The position numbers and the translations under genes were made by a program. From positions 10,987,081 to 11,025,045 of the forward strand of contig NC_057750.1 of NCBI RefSeq assembly GCF_004010195.1: a DNA stretch of 37,965 nucleotides. Reading direction: 5' to 3'. The number at the start of each line of letters is the position of its first letter. Position 1 is the first letter of the stretch. The stretch comes from Chiloscyllium plagiosum. Its lineage: Eukaryota. Shown here in pieces: positions 11,997 to 22,799 of the stretch. The notes beneath the pieces are model-generated. The model saw only the letters and a program-made list of their open reading frames with translations, had not been told where the DNA came from and made no database searches.

Positions 11997-13399
11997 GGTA
12001 GGGTGGGTTAAAAGTTCATCCCACCTGTGCTGGGTGGGAGCTGCACTGTGGTGCAGAGCTCTGCAACGTGATCTTCCTAGATTGCTGCCATCTTGGATCC
12101 CCCCTTCCATCTTCTTTTGAAGAAGTTCCCAGCATACACAACCCTCCGTGAGGAAAAAGCTTCTCCTCATTTGTACCTTAAATGAGCAACACATCATTTT
12201 TAAACAATGAACCCTCGTTCTAGATATTACTAGGAGAAAATTCCTTTCCACAAGAGGCCAGTCAAGAGGACAGTCACAGGATCTTGTATGTTTTAACCAA
12301 GTGATTCTGGTCACCTCTTGTTTTTCTAAACTCCACCAAAAACAGGCCTAGCCCACTCAGCCTTTCCTCAGAAGAAAACGTGCTTATTCCAGGTATTATA
12401 CCTGATAAACATTCCCGAAGCTGGTTCCAACACACTTGCATCCATTCTTCAGTAAAGGAACCAATACTGTACACAGTATTCCAGCTATGATCTCACCAAT
12501 GCCCTGTTTAACTGAAGCATTACTTTCTATCTCTACATAATTCACAATTTACACAATTCCCCTCACAATAAATACTTTCCTAACTACCTGCTGTTACTAC
12601 TTACCCACCTTTTGCAATTCATGCACTAAGAAACCCAAATTCCTCTGTATTTGTCGTTTCTCACCATTTGAATAACATATCTCATTCCATTGGCCAAAAT
12701 GGATAAATACACATTCTCCTAAATTATAATCCATTGACCAGATATTTATCCACTCAATTAACCTATCTACATCATTGTGTTTCTTCTTATTGTCCTCTTC
12801 ACAACTTGCTTTCCTACCTATTTTTGCATCATCAGAAAATGTAGCAAGCATACCTTTGGTTCTTTCGTCTAAGTTCATTATATAAGTTGCAGGAACGCTG
12901 AGGCCCTGACCCCAGCATTGGTCTGGCGACATGCCATCTGTTTATCTGCCCAACCAGAAAACAACCTATTTATACCGATTGAAGATGTTCTGACTTAGAG
13001 ATTCTGCTGATAATGATATCAAACTTCTCATAGAACTAGTCTTTCACCTCAGTAGTGGAGCATTGCTTTAGAGCACTGATACCTCTGCTTTTAACTGGTT
13101 CTGTTTTGAGTTGAATGCTATTTGATGATAATATGTTCTGAGCCATTTGAGAAGGTTCTGTTATGAGTATAGAGTTCCATACACTTTGCTCAGATGTTTC
13201 TTTGAATTCTCCAGCTTTCAAATGACCACACAACACGTTTCTTTCGGTCATCAGCTCCCAGCGGCCTAGTCTGTTACAGTGAAGCAATGTTAATGTTCAA
13301 CTGATCAAGTAAATTGTTGATCTCTTGTACATGTTATTGACTAGCTACAAGTCATCTGTCAACACATGTCCTGGCATTCGAATTTTCCAATTGAAGAGA

Positions 13400-13960
13400 G
13401 GGCAGTTTCCTTCTTTTCTATATTCCAGTATCCAGCTTTTTCCAATGTTCTTTACAATCTGATATTCCTTTTTAGTTTGCCCAATCCACCCACAAACATG
13501 ACCAAATCACCCACATGCAAAATGGTCCATCTTTTCTCAGGTGCAACTTGCCCAGACTGTATAGGTCCCACCTCCCCCAAGACTGATGTCAGTGTCTTTA
13601 AGAATCCAAAGCTCTCCCTCTTGCATCATCCCCACAGCCACGCATCCATCTGTTCCATCCCTCCCATTTCTTGCACATAGAATCTATAGATTACTATTTT
13701 TGAGTACTGCTTGCTAATTCCTGATTCAGCTCCTTATGTCTGACACACCAGTTCTAGCAGCCTGTGTCATTGGTGTCGATGTTGCTCGTAACCTCTGGCC
13801 TAACACCGTCCCTCTTTAAGGTGTTCTCCAGCCATTTAGTGACATTCTTAACCCTGGTGCTGAAAATGCAGGGAAAGGTAGGGGAATTCATTCCATAAAG
13901 CTTCCAGAATACCCAGGAAAATGCAATCCTGGGCAAGACCAATCAGAGGGAAGTTGCCTT
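13400..13960 (-). mobile_element. Decayed CR1 ORF1 (SGNH esterase) remnant
   Basis: CIFSTRVKNVTKWLENTLKRDGVRPEVTSNIDTNDTG resembles the CR1 ORF1 esterase motif C.PGARV.DV.ERL..IL.GEG.QP.VVVH.GTND. Confidence 0.6.
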
Positions 13961-14499
13961 TGTAAGAAGTGCAGATAGAATCTATGAAGAGTTGCTCCTC
14001 CAATCACAGGCTAGTTCTATCACACATTTGCCCCTGATAGGATCACTGAATCTTTCAGCAGTAAGCAAGGGAAGAGAAGAGAAGGGATTCCATCTACTGG
14101 GTCTGTGTAGGGTGATGGGGCAGGAGAGGGAGCTTGCAAAGGGTGATTGGATAAGAGGGGGATGCTGCGGGAGGAATGGGGTGGGGAAGCAGGCTGCAGG
14201 AAATTGGTGAAGGAAGCTTGAAGTTTGGGGGTGGGGGTAGAGAAAGAAAGGATGCGAATGAGAGAGAACTGTTTTAAACAAGTCAGCCAAGGAATATTGT
14301 GTTAACTAGAAGCCTGGAAAACTTGAGATCACTGAGGTAATTAATGACTTACAACGAACATGGAATGTCTGGCTTTATGGCTGTATGTGTTTAGGAACTC
14401 GTATTTCTGCAAAAAATATAGTGCATGCTTCTATTGTAATGAACACTGTTATTTGTTAAGTTGAGATCTGAGTTTGAGATCTGAGCTGGGTAAAGTCAG

Positions 14500-14775
14500 G
14501 TTCTGGTCCTTCTGATTGTATTTCACGGTGATTTTGAACTGCTTCACAGTAAATCCAGTCTGTTTTGGTGTGATTTTTGATCTGTTTCACACCGCTCCTA
14601 ACCTGCTTCATGACGATCTCTAGCTGCTTCACAGTCTGCTTCAACTGCTCCCGGTCCTGCTTTGCCATGATCCTGGTCTGTTCACACAGCTCCTGGTGTT
14701 CACTGTCATTCTGACCATTTTCACACTCCTCCCAATCTGCTTCAGTGACCCTAACCTACTTCACTCTCCTCCTGT
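14500..14775. repeat. Degenerate tandem repeat with a unit of about 21 bp
   Basis: Recurring ctgcttcac(a/t)..(g/c)atcct(g/a).c units. Confidence 0.6.
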
Positions 14776-14789
14776 GCCATAGCATTACT

Positions 14790-15975
14790 CTGTACTTGTA
14801 CATACAGCACAAAAGCAGACCCTTCGGTCCTACCAGTCCATGCCAAACCTAATCCCAATTTAAACTAGTCGCACCTGCCTGCTCTTGACCCATATCCCTG
14901 CAAACCTTTCCTATTCATGTCCTTATTCAAATGTCTTTTAAACATTGTAATCGTACCCAAATCCTCCACTTTTCAGGAAGTTCATTCCATGCACAAATAT
15001 TTCCCATGTTTTTTTCAAAATCTCTCTCCCTTCACCTTAAAATATCCCCCCTAGTCTGGTAAGCCCCCATCCTCAGGAAAAGACAACTACTGTTAACTCT
15101 ATCTATTTTATAATCTCCTATCAGATCGCCTCTCAACCTCCTATGGTCCAGTGAAAAGTGTCCCAGCCGATCCAGCCTTTCTTTATAACTCAAACCTTCC
15201 ATTCTGATAAATCTCTTCTGAACCTTCTCCAGCCTAATAATATCCTTCCTATAATTGGGCGACCAGAACTGGACACAATATTCCAGTAGAGGCCTTGTCA
15301 GTGTCCTGTACAACCTCAACGTGACTTCCCAAATCCTATACTCAAAGGACTGAGCAATGAAGACAGAGATGCTAAACAGTTTCTTAACCAACTGTCTATA
15401 CGTGGCGCAAACTTCGAAGAATTATGTACCTGCACCCCTAGGTCCCTCTGTTCTACAACACTACCCAAGACTCTACCATTAATTGTTAAAGCCTACGCTT
15501 ATTGGTTGTATGAAAATGCATTACCTCTCATTTATCCAGATTGAACTCCATCCGCCATATTTCAGCCCATTGACCCATTTGATCAAGATCCCTTTATAAT
15601 CTTAGAAAACTTTCTTCACTGCCTTCAATGCCACCAATTTTGGTGTTGTCCACAAATTTACTAACCATGTCGTCTTTCTTCTTGTCCAAGTCATTTGTAT
15701 AAATGACAAACAAAAGAGGAGCCAGAACCAATCCCGGTAGAACATCGCTGGTGACAGGCCTCCAGTCTGAAAAGTAACCCTCCACCACCACTCTGTGTCT
15801 CCTGCTGTTAAGCCAATTATTTATCCAATTCACAAGCTCCCCCAAATCCCATGAGACCAAACTTTACGAATTAGTCTACATGTGGAATCCAAGTAAACAA
15901 TGTCCACTGCTGTACCCTCATCAAACGTTTTGGTAATTTCCTCAAAAAACTCAGTCAAGTTTGTGAGACATGATT
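14790..15975 (-). mobile_element. CR1 LINE fragment (RT to 3' end)
   Basis: WRPVTSDVLPGLVLAPLLFVIYTNDLD, VSKFVDNTKIGG and LYRTLTRPLLEYCVQFWSP. Confidence 0.9.
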
Positions 15976-16133
15976 AAGTAATAATCCCACTTTCTCTAAT
16001 ACCCTAGTAAATATAATACAGTTTTGTGTGGAGATGTATGTCTTGTCATCTTTTTAATAAACATTTATTTAATGGTAAACCGGCATGATTCTCCATCAAT
16101 ATTTCTGATGGTCTCTTCTTTCTCTGTCCTCAG

Positions 16134-16310
16134 CATGCAGTTCACCAGCAGCAATTCACTCCCTTGGATGAGAAACCCCAATTCCCTGGAGCCTCGGCAG
16201 AGTACGTGGACAAGTTGGAGTTCATTCAGCCCAATGTCATATCTGGTATCCCCATTTATCGGGTGATGGACCGGCAAGGTCAGATCGTGAATTCTGACGA
16301 AGACCCCAAG
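16134..16310 (+). CDS. BCKDHA: BCKDHA coding exon 2 (177 bp, phase 0/0)
   Basis: Polypyrimidine tract then cag|CAT...AAG|gtatat. Translates [59 protein letters not shown], matching the mature N-terminus of vertebrate BCKDH E1 alpha. Confidence 0.96.
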
Positions 16311-16724
16311 GTATATGCTGTCATGGTTGTCTTGTTCATGTGTCGTTTTCCTTAACATGCAATTGCCACTCTCATTCTAGATTGGCAAAAAGTGTAGGAT
16401 CGACTTACTTGAAAATCTCAAACCAGATTACTCAATAGACAAACTGATGACTTACAGTCACAGCAACTTGTGTATGGATCCTTATTCTACCATGCTGCTG
16501 CCTGGACTCCTCATGGATGCAGGACTTGTGGTCCTTGGACCACTAACATACTTTTAGTGAGACTGCAGTTGTGTTCCTGCATTATATTATCTGGAATCGA
16601 AGCAATGATATTTCCAATCTTTGCAGTTCTGGAGTGTTAGTTCTAGTAAACTGACTTGAGAAGCTATCTCATGACAGCCCAGTGGATAATAGCATTGACT
16701 TGTAGTAGTACTGAGCTCTGCAGG

Positions 16725-18450
16725 TTTTATTTTCTGTTCGTTTCTGGAATGTGGGCATGCAGGTTGGACAAGTGAACATTCATCTAACAGATGTCACACT
16801 GGATGATCTGGAGCGGAAGCCAGGAAACAGGAAGTCCTTTGACCTTGAGAGAATGCTGGTCAGTTATCATGTTGAACTGCTGTAGTCCATTTTATTGAGG
16901 TAGACCCACAATGCTGGTAGGCAGGAAATTCCAGGAGAGGCAGCATTAAAATTCTAGGTCAGGATGGCTTGGAGAGGAACTTGCAGGTGGTGGTGTTCCC
17001 ATATGTCGGCTGCTGTTCTCCCTCCAAGATGATAGTCTTAGTGGGTATGGAAGGAAGGTACTGTCCTAAGAGCCTTGGTGAATTTTTGCAGTGCATCTTG
17101 TAGATGGTACACGCTGCTTCTACAGAGCATCAATAGTAGAAGGAGTGGATGTTTGTGGATGTGGTATCAATCAAGTAGGCTGCCATGTCTTGAATGGTGT
17201 CAAGTTTTTTTTAAGTGTTGTTGGAGCTGCACCCATCCAGGCAAGTAGGAAGTGATTGATCACACTTCTGACTTGTGCTTTGTAGATTGTGGACACACTC
17301 TGGGGAGTCCGGAGGTGAGCTTTTTGCTTCTGACTTGCTGTTGTAGTCACAGTATTTATATGACTAGACCATTTCGATTTTTGATCAGTGGTAACCCCCT
17401 GGATGTTGATAGTGGGGAATTCAGCGATGATGATGTCATTGAATGTCAAGGGGTGATGGTTGGATTCTTTCTTATTGGGGATGGTCATTTCCTGGTATTT
17501 GTGTTGTAGGAATGTTGCTTGCTACTTGTCAGCCCAAGCCTGGATATTGTTCAGGTCATGTTGCTTTGGACTTGGACTGCTTCAACATCTGAGCAGTTCC
17601 AAATAGTGTTGAACCTTGTGCAATTATCTACAAGTACTCTCACTTCTGACCTTATGATAGAGAGGGGGGTCATTGATGAAGTAGCTGAAGGTGGTTGAGC
17701 TGAGGATTCTAGCCTGCAGATCTCCTCCAGTGATATTCTGCAGCTGTGGTCACTCACATCAAACAACAACTGCCGCCTTCTTTTGTGCTGGCTGTGACAA
17801 TGCTGTCACTTTAAAAAGGTTATTTTGTCCTTGGTTTTTTTTCAAGAGAGGTTATAAAGACCGAGGTGGTGAAATGTCTGGAAATATCTACTTTAACAAT
17901 GGCAGGGGAGTGGCCAGCTCTACCAGTTCAGGTTTAATCTAGTTTGGTTTAGTTGTAGCAGAGAAGCTGTTGGTAGCTGTAACAGAAGCTGCTACAGTGG
18001 CTTCAGCAAATCATTCTTGACTGACTTCTTTCTCTGAAATCTCTCCTGCTTGTAAATACCTGTACTAGAATTTACCTTTTGCCAAAGGGTGTGTTTATGG
18101 GATGTTACAGAAAATAAAACAGGTCCTTAGTTAAATTGCTGTATCGAGCAAGTTAAGTTTTCCAGTAAAGTTATTCTAAATTCTGTTTTCTTTGTTGCGT
18201 TTCAACTGTAGTGTTTAAATAAAATCTGTTTTGCTTAAAGCTGAGTGGTTTGACCAGCTGCATCCCACCTGGAATATCCACTTCACATCTGCCTTTAGAA
18301 TAAGAAAAAGTTAAGGTCTGGGTTACCTCCTTCAAATATTTTGAGGGGTCTGGCCCAGTCCATAACACTGGGTGAGCCTTCATCTAGGCCAGAAATTTCC
18401 TCTGATTCCCATTAACCGTTGGGAGCATCTTGAAGCCACGCTCAGTGAGA
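16725..18450 (-). mobile_element. CR1/L2-group LINE fragment (family of 28889-32720), interrupted by a solo LTR
   Basis: SIIRSEVRVLVDNCT, HPLTFNDIIIAEFPTINIQGVTTDQK and TIYKAQVRSV are homologous to 30900-31430. Confidence 0.8.
17793..18367 (+). mobile_element. Solo LTR (575 bp)
   Basis: TGTGAC...ATAACA termini, flanks CTGGC (17788-17792) and CTGGG (18368-18372), internal AATAAA. The host LINE resumes after it. Confidence 0.75.
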
Positions 18451-18834
18451 AGCTTTCAACAGAATTGTGGTAACCCAAGCAGTTAACTGTTCCCAGCAAT
18501 AAGGTTTAGCAATGCATTTCATCATTCTTGGGCTAAGGACTTCCTGTTTCCTGGCTTCTGCTCCTGATCACCCAGTGTGACATCTGTCAGATAATTGTTC
18601 ACGTGCAAACAGTATTTCCCCTCCATACTGTGGTTTAATAGCTGTTTAGGGCAAAATTGCCACAGAGTCTTGTGTGGAAAATAGCCACTTGGGAGAGGTA
18701 TCAAAGGGAATTGAAATCATGTTTGTAGTGTTGCCACTACAAACAGTACAAACTGTTTGTAGTGGCAACACTCTTAGTGGCATAGGGTAGGTGAGAAAGG
18801 TGATTGTTGTGCAGCGTCTAACAAACATGGCTGT

Positions 18835-19045
18835 ACCACTGAGGAACTCACTTCCTCAAAAAGAGTTAGAAGCAGAGTGTTTGAATATTTTTAAGGTGAA
18901 GGCAGATTCCTTCTTGGAAGGCAAGGTGGTGAAAGGTTACCAGTGTTAGGCAGGAATGTGGAGTTGAGGTTACAGTCAGATCAGCTGCAATCTTATTAAA
19001 TAGCAGAAGAGGTTCGAAGCATGAAATGGCTTACTTCTGCTCCCA
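18835..19045 (+). mobile_element. CR1 3' end fragment
   Basis: ggaactcacttcctcaaaaag...aaatggcttacttctgctcc, a CR1 3' UTR pattern. Confidence 0.7.
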
Positions 19046-19069
19046 ACTGGTAAACTCCCAGTTAAAACT

Positions 19070-19825
19070 AAACAAAGAACTGTGCGTGCCGCAGATTTGA
19101 AACAAACAAAAATAGACATTGCTGGTCAAACTCAGCAGATCTGGCAGCATCCATGGAGAAAAAAAAGAGTTCACATTTCGAGTCACGTGGAAGAACTCAA
19201 CATTAGCGAATACTGTGTGCAATTCTGGTCTCCCTCCTATTGTAAGGATTTTGCGAAACTTGAAAGGGTGTAGAAAAGATCTACAAGGATGCCGCCAGGG
19301 TTGGAAGATTTGAACAATAGGGAGAGGCTGAAAAGGCTGGGGCTGTTGTCCCTGGAGCGTCGGAAGCTGAGGGGTGACCTTATAGAGGTTTATAAAATCA
19401 TGAAGGGCATTGATAAAATCTTGTCTATGTATCCTTTCCTTTGGGTGGGAGAGTCCAGAACTAGAGGGCAAAGGTTTAGGGTGAGAGGAGAAAGATTTAA
19501 AAGGGATTTATGGGGCAAATTTTTCACGCAGAGGGTGGTGCATGTATGGAATGAGCTGTCAGAGGAAGTGGTGAAGGCTAGTACAATGACAGCATTTAAA
19601 AGACATCCGAATGGGTGTATGAATAGGAAGGGTTTGGAAGGATGTGGACCAAGTGCTGGCAAATGGGACGAGATTAGGTTAGGATATCTGGTCGGCATGG
19701 ACAAGTTGGACCGAAAGATCTGTTTCTGTGCTGTACATCTCTATGACTATTAACTGTTTTCTCTCCACAGATACTGCCAGACCTGCTGAATTTCTCTACC
19801 AATTTCTGTTTGTGTTTGGATATTC
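19070..19825. mobile_element. Inverted Penelope-derived short element (arms about 19075-19195 minus and 19750-19825 plus), split by a CR1
   Basis: aactcagcagatctggcagcatccatggaga and ctctccacagatactgccagacctgctgaatt are imperfect inverted copies of each other. Confidence 0.65.
19205..19750 (+). mobile_element. CR1 (HER1-like) 3' fragment
   Basis: EYCVQFWSP...ERLKRLGLLSLERRKLRGDLIEVYKIM...FFTQRVVHVWNEL, with a ctatgact tail. Confidence 0.92.
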
Positions 19826-19929
19826 TCATTTTAAGTTAACGTTGCATCACTTGAACTCTAATCCCCCTACTGAAATATTTATGTTGAATATGTTGAAATG
19901 TAAAATTTGTTGAACTGAGAAGTGACAAC

Positions 19930-19948
19930 TGACCACTAGATGGCACAA
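19930..19948 (+). promoter_or_regulatory. Candidate CTCF site
   Basis: TGACCACTAGATGGCACAA matches the CTCF core CCASYAGRKGGCRS. Confidence 0.45.
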
Positions 19949-21839
19949 ATGTCTTATAATGTCATAGATTCTTTCCTCGCAGCAAAAATGTCATGACCAT
20001 CCTCCCAGATATTAGATGTGGACATATTTGATAAAATGATTATTTACCTTCTCACCAGTAAACGGAGTGTGGTCTATCAAGAAAATACTATTAAACGTAT
20101 TCTATAAATTGCAATGTCTCAGTCCATTCCAATCAGCTCCATTCGATGCTTTCTGTTTCAATTGTGGATAGTGGAATCAGGGTGTCTCCTGCCACTCTAC
20201 TGCAAGTGAAATGTTGGGCAGAAGGTGATATTAATGTGTACCCAGAGTTAGAGGTCAGCATCCACTCCATCCTTAAGCACATTGTGCACCCAGTGAACGC
20301 TTGCTGTCCCACTCACTGTTTCCCTGGCTACCCCACCCTAACCCTTACCTGCCTCCCTGTCAGTCACCACCAAGCTCCCTCACTTGCTAGGATTGGTTAA
20401 CAGTGAGGGAGTAGGGTGGTGAGTGGGAGGGAAACAGTGAGGGGTTGGGAGTGGATTGGCCAGGGAAGTAACCGCCAAGTGTTTGGCATAGGGAAGTGAG
20501 CAAATCCCCACCCCAGGTTTGAGCTGAATTGATCTGAAACATTTGAAGGGAAAAGTACATTTTATTGGGGCTGCACATGTTCCAATATTTATGCATTGCT
20601 CAATATTACAGATGTTCCTGTTCTTTGATACAGAAATCTACTTGCGGTATCGGCTGTGTTGCCATAGGCACTGCCACTGTGTACGTGGTGTCCCTTGCCA
20701 TGATGCTGGCAAGATATTCATGCAAAGTTTAACAATGATCGAAACTCTGAAATGCAAATGATTTGCGATGTGTCAAGTGGCAGATCTGGTATGCAGTTTC
20801 TGGACTGCTAATTCAGGAAAATCAAGTTAACATTCCACCAGGTTTGAGAGACAAAAGTAAACAACTGGGAGCAGTGACGTGACTGTGAAGTTGGCAGAGT
20901 GCAGTTAAAAATCCAACTGGTTCAGTCATGCCCTGGAGGGAAGACTGACTGCCGTCATTTCCCAATTTGTGCCTACATTCTGTCTAAATTGGCCTTGCTA
21001 CAATCAGCATACTTGTTGCAGTGTGTGGTACGTTTCATGTTTCTGTACACTCATGCAACTCAATGGTCACATGACTCCAATTTCACATCAATGTAGTTGC
21101 CTCTTAACTGCCTTCTAAAGTGAGATGGTGCACCAAGTTACTGCTTTGTTGGTTGTGTTGTTAAAAGATGCATAGACGATAAGCATTGTTTGATTAACAA
21201 CAGGGAATGCATATGAAGAGAGTCAACAGGGACACTGAGATCTTACTCAGAAGGAAAGGGAAGCTGCATCTTGGATATAGACCTACTGTTGAGGCAAAGA
21301 GCAGTCTTGTTTCACAATGGTTTGTATGCATTCAATGAAGCACTTGTATCAAACAGTTAGACAATGATTCGAGAAGCACCTCCTGCACAAAGCAACTAGG
21401 GGATGGACTGTAAACACCAGCAATGCCCACATCTGAAGAATAAATACTTTAGACATGGTGTAAGGTACAGTGTCCCAGATCAGGGCGCCCAAATTCTTAC
21501 AGCCACCACTCTCCCACAGTTGGATTTGTTGGTGCACATGTCAATTGAACTGGTACTGCTCTGATTAAATTGCTAAATCAAGAATAATCTTTCTTCCTTG
21601 TTGCCATCAGGTAATAATAGACAATAGTATTGTAGAACCGTGGCAATTGAAATTTTAAACTAATTAGAGTTGGGGTGGATTCTGGAGGGGCATACGTAGG
21701 CTTACACAGAAAAAGATTATGACGCATTGCAGGGCAACTATTTTTGGTAATGAATAGGACAGGAAGTTGAGAATGTACATGTGTAAAATAAAAAAACAAA
21801 TGGAGTTATCAGAAATAAAATGTTATTAAAACTAATGAT

Positions 21840-22295
21840 TCTTTACTTAAATGCCTCAGTATTCAGAACAAAGTACTGAACGAAATCGGTGGGCACTATT
21901 TCGTTCAGATAATTGATTATTCGGTTAAGTGATTCAATGCTTCTCCTCTGGGGCTTGGAGTTTTCTGAAGTTTCCTTTTTCCTTCGTCTGCCTCCCTTGC
22001 ACCCTCTCTCTGTCTCAGGATTTCTGAGCAGACACCCACTAGTGTGTAGAGGACTCGCAGCATTGCTGAAGCTCTCTCTCTCTTCCCCCTCATCCCAACC
22101 CCCGCACGCGCGCACACACATTCAATAGGATTGAGACAGCGAGCACTTGCTAAGTCTGCTCCCCGTTCAGAGAGACTATGCAGCGGCAGCAGCAGCAACG
22201 CGCGTGAGCTCCCGCTCTCCGTCCACCCCCACCATCCGCTCCACCCAGCTGCTGCGCAACCCCGCCCGACTGGCCACCACACGCACCCCCACTCT
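21840..22295. other. CpG-island-like, promoter/5'UTR-like segment in intron 2
   Basis: High GC and CpG density (gcacgcgcgc, aacgcgcgtg, cccgcccg), (CAG)n and (CT)n runs, no recognisable repeat motif. Confidence 0.5.
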
Positions 22296-22795
22296 TTATC
22301 TGAGGAAGGACATTCAGGCTATGGAAGGAATGCAGCAAAGGTTTACCAGATTGATTCCTTGGATGGCAGGACTGACGTCTGAAGAGACATCTGGATTGAC
22401 TGGAACTTTATTCACTGAAGTGCATAAGAATGAGGGAGGGATATCATAGAAACTGAAAAAATTCTGACTGATCTTGACAGAATTCCTGATGACTTGGGAG
22501 TTCAGAACCAGGGGTCGTAGTCTAAGGATACAGATTAGCCACTAAGGACTGACATAAGGAGAAAGTTCTTTACCAAGAGAGTGGTGAGCCTATGGAATTC
22601 TCTGCCACTGAAAGCAGTTGAGGCTAAAACATTGAATGTTTTCGAGGAGAGAGATATAGTTCTTGGGGCCAAAGGACTCCAACGGTATAAGGCAAATGTG
22701 GAAACTGAGTTGGTGGATCAGCCATGATCATATGGAATGGTGGAGGAGGTTTGAAGTGCCAAATAGCTTACTTTAGTTCCTTCTTTCTATGTTTC
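22296..22795 (+). mobile_element. CR1 3' fragment
   Basis: YLRKDIQAMEGMQQRFTRLIPWM followed by the CR1 3' UTR. Confidence 0.85.
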
Positions 22796-22799
22796 TCTG

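Larger units (their letters stand above)
6166..12104 (-). mobile_element. Full-length, inactivated L1-clade LINE, antisense to BCKDHA
   Basis: 5' end GGGGGGATCCAAGATGGC, ORF1 and ORF2 remnants, AATAAA plus a short A tail at about 6164-6184, and TSD TTCCATCTT at 6157-6165 and 12105-12113. Confidence 0.92.
5995..12960 (-). mobile_element. Old CR1 fragment that is the target of the L1 insertion (pieces 5995-6165 and 12105-12960)
   Basis: CR1 tail near 6000. The ORF2 remnants GMLATFSDDAKIGRK and SSEERLSGLGLFLVEFRKTRGD continue on the far side of the L1. Confidence 0.8.

Noticed and set aside
14500..14775. CRISPR-like array
   Set aside because: Eukaryotic context, degenerate contiguous units, no unique spacers and no cas genes.
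16134..16151. Alternative exon 2 acceptors at 16140 and the CAGCAG at 16146-16151
   Set aside because: The AG at 16140 would frameshift, and the first AG after the pyrimidine tract (16132-16133) best fits the orthologous exon. There is no evidence for use of the others.
21917..22449. Several 60-120 aa ORFs over the CpG-rich block
   Set aside because: Open frames on both strands are expected from high GC; no recognisable protein motif.
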